64,000 nucleotides of DNA from assembly GCA_963664015.2 (NCBI GenBank), contig CAXXLF010000001.1:160001-224000 (forward strand), written 5' to 3'. Position 1 is the first letter of the stretch. The number at the start of each line of letters is the position of its first letter. Shown here in pieces: positions 40,276-50,635 of this stretch. The translations under genes and the position numbers were made by a program. This stretch comes from Candidatus Binatia bacterium (GTDB taxonomy: Bacteria; Desulfobacterota; Binatia; UBA9968; CAXXLF01). The notes beneath the pieces were generated by a model that saw only the letters and a program-made list of their open reading frames with translations, searched no databases and had not been told where the DNA came from.

Positions 40276-40902
40276 ATGAATTACCGAGGCATTAAGATTA
40301 TCGAACTTACCCGTCTGCCTCTGGCATTGATTCCAGTCACCGCTGGCGCCAATGGTTCCCACGGCCATAAAAGCAATCACGAGGACCGTAGCTACCATGG
40401 AGAAAAGGACCTCGACGAGGATAACGGGTACCGTGGCGGAAGACAGACAAGACTCAAGAAAGAACTATCCGAATCAAGCTGTAACAGTATTGAGGGACGG
40501 GGCCTTTACTACGCCTATTGCGAGGTCTTGGATTGTGACAGTGGGGAAAATAAGGACAGGAGAATCTATCAGGGCTTATCCCGTCGTTATGGACGAGTCA
40601 CCCGAACGAATACCCCGCCGTCGTGCACCGCTGCCATCGAGACCATCTCCCAATCCGCATCTTGTCCATGCTTCAGGAATCTATCTGAAGCGGGGTTTAC
40701 CAACGTTGCCATTTGCAATAATACCAATGGTATCGCCCAGGTAAGCGAATTCAACGGCACCATTTTCCTAGTCGCTGAGGGAGGGGCAACCTCTACATTT
40801 CCCGGGTGCAGTCTGAACGATGCAAAACAGTTATCGATACCAAATGACGAAGCCACTGCGTGTGTGAGTATAATCGAAGATTTTTGCCCGCCGAATGGTT
40901 AG
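40276..40902 (+). CDS. Cysteine-rich, probably secreted hypothetical protein (possibly decaying)
   Basis: 10 Cys (YCEVLDCD, SCPCF), weak signal peptide followed by a His/Asp/Glu-rich linker. Confidence 0.55.
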   Translation: MNYRGIKIIELTRLPLALIPVTAGANGSHGHKSNHEDRSYHGEKDLDEDNGYRGGRQTRLKKELSESSCNSIEGRGLYYAYCEVLDCDSGENKDRRIYQGLSRRYGRVTRTNTPPSCTAAIETISQSASCPCFRNLSEAGFTNVAICNNTNGIAQVSEFNGTIFLVAEGGATSTFPGCSLNDAKQLSIPNDEATACVSIIEDFCPPNG

Positions 40903-42005
40903 TATCCTGACCAGGGGGCCACGGTCACATGAACCACATCTTCGCCACCTTCCCCCGCCACCGCACGAATGGCCTGATCCACCTCGTTTAACCCAAATCG
41001 GTGGCTGCTCATTTCATTCAGGGGGTACTTTTCCGAGGCAATAACTCGAAGCGCCATCTCCACGGACCGGTAGCTGTGTCCTCTTATCCCTTTAAGGGTC
41101 AGGCATTTTCGCTGAATCACATCCAAAGGGAAAAAGTTGATCGCTTCGCCCCTAGGCACCACAATCAACGTGCCTTGATTCCGGAGGACGGCAATGGCTG
41201 GGAGCACTGTCGACGGTCCTCCCGTTGCCACATCGATGGCAAGGTCAACGCCCCGTCCACCGGTGTACTCGTTAACCTTCTCGACCAGGTCTTCTCTTTC
41301 GACATCAATCACATGGTCAGCTCCCAGGGAACGTGCTACTTCAAAACGACGGCTATCACGTGTGAGCCCGGACACGATGATACAATCGGCACCTGCTTCC
41401 TTTGAAGCCAGGATACACCCTAAACCCTGCTGCCCGGGCCCCTGAACCAGAACGGTTTTCCCAGGGCCAGCCCCCCCATCGAAATAGGCCCACTGCCAGC
41501 CATTGCCGAAGGGAATCCCGAGAGTAGCCTGTTCGTTAGGAATATTGTTCGGAAGTTTGTGAAGCCTGGTACCTGGATGAAGATAGAGGTACTGGCTGAA
41601 ACCGCCCTGCCGTGAAGGCTGAAAGCGAATCAGCGAATCTGGGCTTTCCTCCGGGGAGTGATCCTGGCCACCTTCTTGGGGACAGAAACCGAAATATCCG
41701 GAGAGACAGGATTCGCAGTGACCGCAAACCCTATAACCCTCCGCCAGAACACGATCGCCTTCCTTCAGCCCCCACCCTTGCGCAGCCACGGAACCGATCT
41801 TGGCGATGGTCCCAACGTTTTCATGCCCCATAATGAAGGGCTCGGCCGGCATTGGCTCTAGGTAAGTGTGAACGTCAGAGCCGCAGACCCCAACGGCTTC
41901 TACTTTCAGCAACCCCGCATCGAGAGGGATTTGAGGCACTAGGAGTTGACGAATTTCAGTTTTTTGACGGGCGACTTTTACCGCCGCTGTGTTTTTCGTC
42001 TCCAT
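40899..42005 (-). CDS. Zn-binding alcohol dehydrogenase (MDR)
   Basis: GVCGSD, GHE, CGHCESC...C, GPGQQG. Confidence 0.92.
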   Translation of the reverse strand: METKNTAAVKVARQKTEIRQLLVPQIPLDAGLLKVEAVGVCGSDVHTYLEPMPAEPFIMGHENVGTIAKIGSVAAQGWGLKEGDRVLAEGYRVCGHCESCLSGYFGFCPQEGGQDHSPEESPDSLIRFQPSRQGGFSQYLYLHPGTRLHKLPNNIPNEQATLGIPFGNGWQWAYFDGGAGPGKTVLVQGPGQQGLGCILASKEAGADCIIVSGLTRDSRRFEVARSLGADHVIDVEREDLVEKVNEYTGGRGVDLAIDVATGGPSTVLPAIAVLRNQGTLIVVPRGEAINFFPLDVIQRKCLTLKGIRGHSYRSVEMALRVIASEKYPLNEMSSHRFGLNEVDQAIRAVAGEGGEDVVHVTVAPWSGY

Positions 42006-42018
42006 GTGTCAATATCCC

Positions 42019-43155
42019 TCAACTCCTCAGGCCGGCTGCTTTCCATTGCTTTAGCGGGCGGCCCTCGGCGAATGCCAGCAGTTCACGCTCCCAAATCTTA
42101 CGCATCAAAATCACTCCGATATCGATCCGGCTCATGCGATCCTTCGATCGGTCCAGTTTCCCTTGGCCGACTTGCATCAGATAGTCCTCGACGGAAAACA
42201 GGGTGGCTGAACTTAGATCTTTATCCAAGTCCCGCTCTTTGATCCTTCCAGCAAGTATGGCCTCACCCATTGCAGGAGGTGAGGCGGTCCTGCCCAACTC
42301 CAACGTCTTCTTTCGGCGCTCTTTATACCGCTCGGCCTCCTCGCCGTGCACATGCATGAGGTCGACGCTGAAACTCACCGTATTCTCGTCATCGACCGGA
42401 ACACGCCAGGAAAGGCGATCCACTGCGAGAGTCGCCGCATCTTTCATAGAACCCTCAACCCGCACGTTGGCCATGACGAGATTAATGTTGGGCATATGGA
42501 ATCGGATAATCTGCTTCGGATTCTCACAGATACACTTGATGCCATAGTCGGTCTCTTCCGCCTTCACCTCACCATCACCTATCCGGTCGGGCCTGCCCGC
42601 CCGCGATATGGCCTCCTGATGGGTAAAGGTCACGTGGGCAAGGTCGCATGCGTTATCCAGCCGATTGAGATAGTTACAGGGCCAAAATTCAGGATCACAG
42701 GCCTCAAGCACACCTGGCTGCTCCATATCGGAAAAATGTCGAAAGGGTGGAGGCTCTCCTTCACCGAGATACGCAAAAACAAGCCCGATGTATTCGCGGG
42801 TCGGATAACTGCGGACCTTTACTCCTGAACACAAGGAGGGGTCCTCTCTGGGCTGCTCCACACATTGCCCGGTTCCATCGTATCTCCAACCATGGTACAT
42901 GCATTGCAGGCTATCCCCTTTCACATGCCCCACATATAACGGGGCACCACGGTGGGCACAGGTCGGAGCCATCAAGTGGAATTCTCCCCCTTCTCCCCGG
43001 TAGAGGCTGAATTTTTCGCACATGATCTTGACAGGGACTACGTCCCCAGAAGCGAGATCCTGCGACCGTAACACTGGCGTCCAGAACCTCCGCAGATAGC
43101 GACCGGCCAACGTCTCGGGTCCCGTTTGGATAAATTCATCAAAAATGATCTGCAC
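42019..43155 (-). CDS. Rieske oxygenase alpha subunit
   Basis: CAHRG...CMYHGW, DLAHVTFTH, VED. Confidence 0.9.
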   Translation of the reverse strand: MQIIFDEFIQTGPETLAGRYLRRFWTPVLRSQDLASGDVVPVKIMCEKFSLYRGEGGEFHLMAPTCAHRGAPLYVGHVKGDSLQCMYHGWRYDGTGQCVEQPREDPSLCSGVKVRSYPTREYIGLVFAYLGEGEPPPFRHFSDMEQPGVLEACDPEFWPCNYLNRLDNACDLAHVTFTHQEAISRAGRPDRIGDGEVKAEETDYGIKCICENPKQIIRFHMPNINLVMANVRVEGSMKDAATLAVDRLSWRVPVDDENTVSFSVDLMHVHGEEAERYKERRKKTLELGRTASPPAMGEAILAGRIKERDLDKDLSSATLFSVEDYLMQVGQGKLDRSKDRMSRIDIGVILMRKIWERELLAFAEGRPLKQWKAAGLRS

Positions 43156-43244
43156 CCTGCCCCGTCCTTTCCCTCACTTCAAGGTACGAAGAATAATCCG
43201 TCAAGACGTTAACTCATAACCCCGCCGTCTATACTGAATGGGGT

Positions 43245-44315
43245 TCACTTTCCCGATGGGAGAGGGCCAGCACCGGTGAGCTGTTTATAGACTTTTAGAA
43301 CCTTGGGGTCCCGGGGGCGTCCCGCGATGATTTTGGTATATTGATCCCCCGTTACCGGTGTGGCTTTCTGGCGCGTAATGAATTCGTATTCTTTTAGAAA
43401 CTCTGGGTCCTTCCAGACCTTATCGAATGCTTGCTTCAGTTCCTTTTGCGCCGCTTGAGGAATCTTCCTGTGAACATAGAAGATCGAACCACCCGGCGTT
43501 GCCGCATTATGCATACGGAGTATGTCTTTTTTTATCTTTGTATCGGCAAGTTCGGTCATAGTGGGAATCCCTTGAGTAATGCTGGGGTAATCTTCGACGC
43601 CCTGCCCGATGATATCCTTTAATTGTGCTACAAATGTATATCCACTTGTGGTCCACTGCGGTACATCGCGCACCACACCGGCGATGCCTGCCATATACAG
43701 ATCCATCTCACCCCGTTCCATGGCTAGATGGACTTCCCCTGAGCTGTAACCCAAAATCCACCGTGGGTCATTCATCCCGAGAACGAACGCGGAAACCCGA
43801 TCCGCATTGTAAAGACTATGTCCTACCGAGCGGTTCCCGAAGCGTAAACTCTTGCGCGCCAGGAGCTCTTCCACAGTGCGAATCTTCAGGCCAGGGCGAA
43901 CCGTCAATGCCAGCACGCCTCCAGGAGAACCGGCACCCAAGAGTAAGAGATCATCGATTTTGTAACGGACACCCCGCGCCCCTAGCAAGAAGCGAGCGAA
44001 CATCCCGCTGCTGGAATTACCAATGGTAAGCCCGTTAGGTCTCGACGAGTTGACCACATGATTGACACCCGCTGTCCCTCCTGCCCCCGGTACGTATTGA
44101 TGGACCGCCGCACCAAAACCAAGGTACTTTTTCAGGTGCTTGACCGTTACCGTAGTACGAAAGCTCCCGGTACCCCCAGGACGCCTCCCTTCAATGATCT
44201 TTATGGTCTTGCCGTCATAAAAACCGGCTTGGGCCGTTCCAGCGGGGGCGCAAATGACCAGCGCCGCCACAAATGTAAAAAGGCAATAAAACATACGTAA
44301 CATAACTAACTTCAT
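43245..44315 (-). CDS. Tripartite tricarboxylate transporter substrate-binding protein (TctC/Bug-like)
   Basis: Signal peptide, FYDGKTIKII, PGAGG, LAMERGEMD. Confidence 0.8.
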   Translation of the reverse strand: MKLVMLRMFYCLFTFVAALVICAPAGTAQAGFYDGKTIKIIEGRRPGGTGSFRTTVTVKHLKKYLGFGAAVHQYVPGAGGTAGVNHVVNSSRPNGLTIGNSSSGMFARFLLGARGVRYKIDDLLLLGAGSPGGVLALTVRPGLKIRTVEELLARKSLRFGNRSVGHSLYNADRVSAFVLGMNDPRWILGYSSGEVHLAMERGEMDLYMAGIAGVVRDVPQWTTSGYTFVAQLKDIIGQGVEDYPSITQGIPTMTELADTKIKKDILRMHNAATPGGSIFYVHRKIPQAAQKELKQAFDKVWKDPEFLKEYEFITRQKATPVTGDQYTKIIAGRPRDPKVLKVYKQLTGAGPLPSGK

Positions 44316-44641
44316 AGAACCTCCTCTTAACAATTAATTTTACCAACTCGATCGCAGCGGCCATCCCGACAGCCTGAGGGGGATCGCTATGGAACCCGGA
44401 TCGGATCCCTTGGCCACTATTATACCACAGTAGAAATTAATCGGAAATTTGCGTTTCTGTCAACCCGTACTTCGATGACAAAACTAAGGCATTGAGGACC
44501 ACCTTGCGCCTAAATATTCCACAGTCGACAAGCCCCCCCCAAAAGATAGAGATGTGGAGCTAATAGTTAAAAACCCCAAGCCGCCCACTCTGAAGCGGTT
44601 TTACGATTCGGGACAACTCCCTCCCGCAGATAGCAGGGACC

Positions 44642-45706
44642 TTACCTGCTGGGGGGAAGAGGCCCGGCTCCAGTAATTTGCTTATATAACTCCATGACAT
44701 CTTGATTCGTTGGACGGTTACGAATGAGATCCGAATAATCCTTACCAGTCATTGGATCAGCTTTTTGCCTGGTCATGAGTTCATAATCCCTACGGAACTC
44801 GCGATCGTTCCAGATTTTCTCGAAAGCCGATTCCACTTCTGCGAGTGCATCTTTTGGTATTCCTCGGTGCACGTAAAAGAGCGACCCTCCAGGAGTGCTC
44901 GCGTGATGGAGTCGGAGCAGCTCTTTTTTGATTTTAGTATCAGCAAACTGATCAACGGTCGCGATCCCCTGGGGAAACTCAGGATAGGCCTCAGCCCCCT
45001 GACCTCTCACATCCGTCAACACGATCGGGAATCCAAAACCATCCGTAATCCATTGAGCGGAATCCCTCAAAAGGCCGGCGATTCCGCCAAAGGCCGCATC
45101 CCCTTCCTCCCGCTCCAGCGCCAAGCGAATTTCACCGGAGCTGTAACCAAGAATCCACCTGGGATTTTTGAGTCCGAGGACATAGGCCGTAATTCGGTCC
45201 CGGTTGTACATGCTGTGCCCGACCGATCGATTCGCAAAGCGCAATCCTTTATAAGCCTTGAGCTTTTCCGCAGTATCAAGCTTCAAACCGGGCCGAACTG
45301 ATAGAACCGTCGCACCCCCTGGAGAACCGGCCCCTAAAAGCACCAGATCATCGAGTTTGTAGCGAACCCCTCGGGCGCCATGAATAACACGGGCAAACAT
45401 TCCACTGCTGGAGTTTCCAATCGTTAAACCATCTCGTTTCGCCGAGTTGACCACATGGTTAACCCCGGCCGTCCCTCCAGCACCCGGATTGTATTGAAAG
45501 ACTGCGGCACTAAAACCCAGATATTTCTTCAAATGTTTGATCGTTACCACGGTTCGGATAGACCCAGTTCCACCGGGTCGTCGACCTTCGATAACCTTTA
45601 TGGTCTTGCCATCATAGTATCCAGCCTCAGCCATTCCCGTATTTTGCACGGCGAACAACAATAACGATAGACTCAATATCAGAACACGATTAAGTTGTTT
45701 TTTCAT
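44642..45706 (-). CDS. TctC/Bug-like substrate-binding protein
   Basis: Paralog of its neighbours: YYDGKTIKVIEGRRPGG, PGAGG, DGLTI. Confidence 0.8.
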   Translation of the reverse strand: MKKQLNRVLILSLSLLLFAVQNTGMAEAGYYDGKTIKVIEGRRPGGTGSIRTVVTIKHLKKYLGFSAAVFQYNPGAGGTAGVNHVVNSAKRDGLTIGNSSSGMFARVIHGARGVRYKLDDLVLLGAGSPGGATVLSVRPGLKLDTAEKLKAYKGLRFANRSVGHSMYNRDRITAYVLGLKNPRWILGYSSGEIRLALEREEGDAAFGGIAGLLRDSAQWITDGFGFPIVLTDVRGQGAEAYPEFPQGIATVDQFADTKIKKELLRLHHASTPGGSLFYVHRGIPKDALAEVESAFEKIWNDREFRRDYELMTRQKADPMTGKDYSDLIRNRPTNQDVMELYKQITGAGPLPPSR

Positions 45707-45839
45707 CTCGATTCTCCCTATCCAATGACGCCATATAGTAGAGACAATACCCCGATTGTCCAGTATCTATTAAATTTGGCCCCATTGACAACGGATACTT
45801 CTCCCAAACCAATTATCACTACAAAAGATGCCCAAAGGC

Positions 45840-46910
45840 TCATCGGCTCACAGGCAATGGCCCCGTACCTGCGATTTGCTTGTAGAGCGTTAGAACCTCT
45901 GGCGCTCTAGGACGGTTCTGGAGTAGATCCGCATAGTTTTTCCCGGTCAACGGATCCGCCTTTTGCCTGGTGACCTTTTCATACTCCTTCGCAAATTCCT
46001 TATCCTGCCAGACCCTATCAAAGGCATTTTTGAGAGTGTTAAGTGCCTCCGGGGGAATCGCCTTATGCACGAAGAAGAATGTACCCCCTGGATTGCTTGC
46101 CTGCTGCAATCGAAGCAAATCCTTTTGTAATTTGCTTTCAGCAAACTGGCCTAAGTTAGGCACCCCTTGGGGAAAGTCGGGGAATACTTCGACACCGTTC
46201 CCCTGGACGTCCTTAATCGCTACTGGGAATCCGAAACCGTTTTTTATCCAATGAGGCGATCGTCTCAGCAGGCCCGCAACGCCTCCAATGGATGCGTCCG
46301 CTTCGCCACGTTCAAGGGCCAGGCGAATTTCAGATGTGTTATAGCCGAGAATCCATCTGGGATTCTTCAGTCCCAGAATATAAGCGGTTATCCGGTCGCG
46401 GTTATATATACTGTGACCTACCGCACGATTAGCAAACCGCAGCCCCTCATAGGCCTGGAGTTTTTTCACAGTATCAAGCTTTAGTCCGGGACGTATCGTA
46501 AGAACGGTTACACCACCGGCAGACCCGGCGCCCAACATGATAAAATCGTTTAAGTCGTAACGAACGGAAGGAACACCAAGAACAGAGCTAGAGAAGATGC
46601 CACTAGTGGCACTCGCAATAGTGAATCCATCTCGTTTGGCCGAATGGGCAAGATAATTGGTCGCTCCGATGCCCCCCGCCCCTGGCATGAACTGGAATAC
46701 GATTACAGGGTCTGCCCCTATATATTTTCTGAGGTGTTTGACCGTTATTCGAGCACGGAGGTTGGCCGTCCCCCCAGGCCGCCAACCACAGATAATCTTG
46801 ATCGTTTTACCCTGATAATAGGGTGCGCCTACTGCATCCGATTGTGGAAGCAAGATTAAAGGCAAAAGCCCTATGAATAGACCTGTCATCACTACGAGTA
46901 TTCGACGCAT
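45840..46910 (-). CDS. TctC/Bug-like substrate-binding protein
   Basis: YYQGKTIKII, MPGAGG, ALERGEAD. AGGAGG RBS; alternative start at 46931. Confidence 0.8.
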   Translation of the reverse strand: MRRILVVMTGLFIGLLPLILLPQSDAVGAPYYQGKTIKIICGWRPGGTANLRARITVKHLRKYIGADPVIVFQFMPGAGGIGATNYLAHSAKRDGFTIASATSGIFSSSVLGVPSVRYDLNDFIMLGAGSAGGVTVLTIRPGLKLDTVKKLQAYEGLRFANRAVGHSIYNRDRITAYILGLKNPRWILGYNTSEIRLALERGEADASIGGVAGLLRRSPHWIKNGFGFPVAIKDVQGNGVEVFPDFPQGVPNLGQFAESKLQKDLLRLQQASNPGGTFFFVHKAIPPEALNTLKNAFDRVWQDKEFAKEYEKVTRQKADPLTGKNYADLLQNRPRAPEVLTLYKQIAGTGPLPVSR

Positions 46911-47186
46911 AATATGATTCCTCCTCGTCATGTATTTTTTCTCCTGGTGCGGCACCAATCCCAAGTAATTTGCTAAATTGAGTGTTCCGTATCATTGTCG
47001 AATCTAAAGCCTAGAACACATAAGGGAGGATGGTTAGATTTCAAGGATACGTGCCATTGTCTTAATATGTGAAGAACGACAAAAGACCAAAACCATAGTA
47101 AATAGAATTCCAATCCATGGATATTTCGTTCCGGTTCGTAGGCTAGCGACCTTCCTTATATACCCAAAGAGTTCCCTTTTTAATAA

Positions 47187-49181
47187 CTATTGAAAGAGCA
47201 AACCTTCCGGCCAGATAATCTTGAACACCCCTTCAAACAATCCCCACACCGTGAAATACGCCGCTACACCATAAGTAAGGGATATCCACCATTTCTCTTT
47301 CCCTTCTATACGCATATAAAGCAGCATAAACAGAGGGAGAGAATACACGATCCCGACGAGCCAGACCCCCACGGCCCCCCCGGACAACCAACCGAAGAAG
47401 GCCAGGGTCCGCCTTATTTCCACCCCCCTATTTAGACCCTCCTTAAAGGTCTCATCCATTTCAATTCCATCGGGACGAGTAGCTCCCCCCGTGTCCCTCA
47501 CCAGTGTGTCCTGTGACAGCTGAATCAGGCCCATGACCAAACAGGGGACCGCCGCCACGTATATGGGCATGAGCTTGGCGATTAACGGCCAATCCCAGCT
47601 TCTCACGATTGCCCAGAGAAAGATGGCAATGAAAAAGAGGGTCATGTAGGACGCGGGACGAAACTGGAATTTCAGCGCAGAGCGGGCCAATAAAGCTACG
47701 GGACCCGTCCCGGCTTCCCGGCGCGACCAAATAGTGTAAAAGAGAGTACCGAAAACCAAAAGCATTAAACTCATAACACCCGGTCGGACGAGCCAGACAA
47801 AGCCGTAAGCGGCCCACGATATGTAGAGGTATTTTTCAATGAGATGCCCCAGGATCATGCCCAAGATGAGGGGAGGACGCGGGTAGGCGAGACGCTTCAT
47901 AAAGTAGCCCAGGATTCCAAAGGATACCACCATAAGCATATCCAAGGGATGCCGGGTTGCGCTCAGGGCACCCATGAGGACAAAGCCTAGGATCATGGGA
48001 ACGATCAGCGAATACCGCAATTCGGCGAGCTTGGCCAGCCTGTTAGCGAAACAAAATCCAATGAGTGTTCCAATGATGCCGGCAATACCGAGTATCCAGA
48101 CGATGCTATAGATGACATCCGAGTGTTCTTTAACCATCTGAGGGCCCGGGACATACCCCAGGGCCAGCAATGCAAAGACAAAAAGCGCCGATGTGAGACT
48201 ACCAGGAACCCCCAGGATCAAGGTGGGGATCAGGGTTCCGCCGTCCTTCGAATCGTTGGCAGACTCGGGAGCGATGACCCCGCGCACATCTCCTTTACCG
48301 AAGGTTTCCTTGGCACCCTTGCAGGTCTGTGCCGCATGGCCGTAGCTAAGCCAATCAACCACTTGTGCCCCCAGCCCCGGGACGATACCTACCCAGACCC
48401 CCAGAAAGCTGCAGCGCACGACCAGCCACCAATTCCGCAAGGTGTCCTTGACGCCGTCCATCAAACGTCCCTTAAGCGGAACGGAAGCCTGCTCCACACC
48501 GACCTTGGTCAGCGCCAGATCGAGAGCCGAAGGTATCCCGAACATGGCCAGGGCCACGATACTGAGGGGGAGCCCATCAAGGAGATAAGGCTCGTCAAAA
48601 AATACAAACCGGAACACACCGCTTTGGGGCTGCATCCCAACCACGGCGATCAATAGTCCGACGCCTGCCGCCATAAGTCCCCTTAGGGGGCGGGTGCCGG
48701 CCAGAAGAGAGACCATGGTCAATCCCCACAGCACAATTACGAAAAGCTCGGGAGAACCCAACATGTAGATGAGGGGTTTTGCTATGGGTATGGCAAAGGC
48801 CAAAGTAACCGTGCCGATGAGGCTCCCCATCATGCCGGCCATGAATGAGGCGCCCAGTGCGCGACGCGCCTCCCCCTTGCGGCCCATGGGGTAACCGTCG
48901 AGAACCGTTGATTGGGATCCTGCACCGCCGGGAATACCAAAAAGGATGGGGAGATAAGCGCTGCAGATGCTACTCACCGCGTCCATACCGATCAAGAAGG
49001 AAATGGCCACGAAAGGATCCCATCTCACGACCACAGGTAGAAACAGCGCATACATCAAGGGAGTTCCCAGTCCCTGAGGGGTTACCGCCGTCACGGTGCC
49101 CACGGCAACCCCCGCCAAGATGGCCCAGGCAACGTTCGCATGTAGTAAATTCAGGAACCCCTGAATCGCTGCGTCATACAT
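47187..49181 (-). CDS. tctA: TctA permease fused to a TctB-like C-terminal domain
   Basis: ILFGIPG, TVLDGYPM, FGKGDVRGVIAPESAND, LGVPG, plus ~170 extra aa with 4 TM helices. Confidence 0.85.
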   Translation of the reverse strand: MYDAAIQGFLNLLHANVAWAILAGVAVGTVTAVTPQGLGTPLMYALFLPVVVRWDPFVAISFLIGMDAVSSICSAYLPILFGIPGGAGSQSTVLDGYPMGRKGEARRALGASFMAGMMGSLIGTVTLAFAIPIAKPLIYMLGSPELFVIVLWGLTMVSLLAGTRPLRGLMAAGVGLLIAVVGMQPQSGVFRFVFFDEPYLLDGLPLSIVALAMFGIPSALDLALTKVGVEQASVPLKGRLMDGVKDTLRNWWLVVRCSFLGVWVGIVPGLGAQVVDWLSYGHAAQTCKGAKETFGKGDVRGVIAPESANDSKDGGTLIPTLILGVPGSLTSALFVFALLALGYVPGPQMVKEHSDVIYSIVWILGIAGIIGTLIGFCFANRLAKLAELRYSLIVPMILGFVLMGALSATRHPLDMLMVVSFGILGYFMKRLAYPRPPLILGMILGHLIEKYLYISWAAYGFVWLVRPGVMSLMLLVFGTLFYTIWSRREAGTGPVALLARSALKFQFRPASYMTLFFIAIFLWAIVRSWDWPLIAKLMPIYVAAVPCLVMGLIQLSQDTLVRDTGGATRPDGIEMDETFKEGLNRGVEIRRTLAFFGWLSGGAVGVWLVGIVYSLPLFMLLYMRIEGKEKWWISLTYGVAAYFTVWGLFEGVFKIIWPEGLLFQ

Positions 49182-49231
49182 AGAGTATTATGACTCCCTT
49201 AATATAATATTCTCTAAATTGGATCTCTTAT

Positions 49232-50306
49232 TTACCTGCTGGGAGGCAAGGGGCCAGCGCCAATTATCTGTCGGTAAACCTTCTGAATCTTTGGATCATT
49301 GGGGATATTTTTAAGGGCCTCCTCAATTTCCTCCCCGGTCACTGGATCCGCGGCCTCGGCCGTGAGCTGTTTGTACTCGGCGGGAAACAGGGGGTCGTCC
49401 CATGTTTGGATAAAGGCTTGACGCAACTCCTTCAGCGCCGCCTCAGGAATGCCCTTGGGCGCAAAGAACACGGAACTTCCAGGTCGACTGGAATCGTGAA
49501 AACGTAGCACCTCCCGCTTCAAAGCCGTATCTGCGAATTGATCCAGATGAGAACGCCCTTGGGGGAACTCGGGGACAAACTCAGCGCCTCGCCCTTTGGT
49601 GTTTTGCATCACAAGAGGAACCGTATAACCTTCCTTATAACCACTCCAGCTGGTTTCGCACAAATGAATTCAGATTGGTGCTCTGGGCATCTGCTTCGCC
49701 CCTTCGGAGCGCCGATTGAATCTCCGAACTGCTATAGCCGAGGACCCATTTAGGTTCTTTCAGTTCGAGAACGTATGCCATGAGTCGGTCAAGAATATAC
49801 ATGGTATGACCGACGGATCTTTGACCGAAGCGTAACCCTCTATGAGCTTTCAACTTCTCCACCGAGTCCAAACGCAAATCAGGTCGGATTATCAAAGTGT
49901 AAGGGCCCCCGGACGTTGCTGAGCCGAGAAAGGAAAAGTCGTCCAGCTTGTAGCGTACTCCCCGAGCCCCGAATAGAGCGTTGGAATACACGCCGGTGCC
50001 AATATTTGCGATCGTTAATCCATCCGGCTTTGACACGTTAGCCAGGTAATTAGCGGCGGCCGTTCCGCCTCCCCCGGGCATATACTTGAATACGATGGTG
50101 GGCTGACCGGGCAGATGCTTCTGGAGGTACTTGGCGGTGGCCTGGGCTCTAAAACTCCCGGTCCCCCCAGGCCTGCGGCCTTCGATAAGTACCAGTGTCT
50201 TACCCTTATAGTAGGGAGCAGCAGGCGTTTTCTCTACCAATCCCAAACAAACAAAAACCACTATCAGCCAAATTAAAACCAGGGGGAAGCTTCGGTTCTG
50301 CATCAT
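49232..50306 (-). CDS. TctC/Bug-like substrate-binding protein with a +1 frameshift at ~49639
   Basis: The two ORF halves join (EWYKEGYTVP) into a full-length paralog when one T is removed. Confidence 0.8.
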
Positions 50307-50635
50307 AGTTATCCTCCGACATCTGGGAACGGAGGCAATCCAATCCTGAAAATCTAATCGGGAGTTACCTTTAATAGGGTAAGGGATGCTTCAACGGAAG
50401 CTGGCAGCAATCGCATAAATTTACTTATAACTACCCCGAACTGAAAGTCGAGGATCATATCGGTGCTCGGTGGTAAAAGCAAACAAAATTGGCTCGTATT
50501 TGGAAGCTTCCGAGGGACCCCGCCATGAACCCTCTCATTACCGCAGGGTATGGAGTTATGACGGGGCCACCCGAGACTCTAGTCTATTACAACTGATCTA
50601 TTTCACGTTTACCTAGCGTTTAATCCTTCAATGTT

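Noticed and set aside
47041-47056. sigma54 promoter upstream of the TctC genes (TGGCACGTATCCTTGA)
   Set aside because: Spacing is off by one and the -12 GC is missing.
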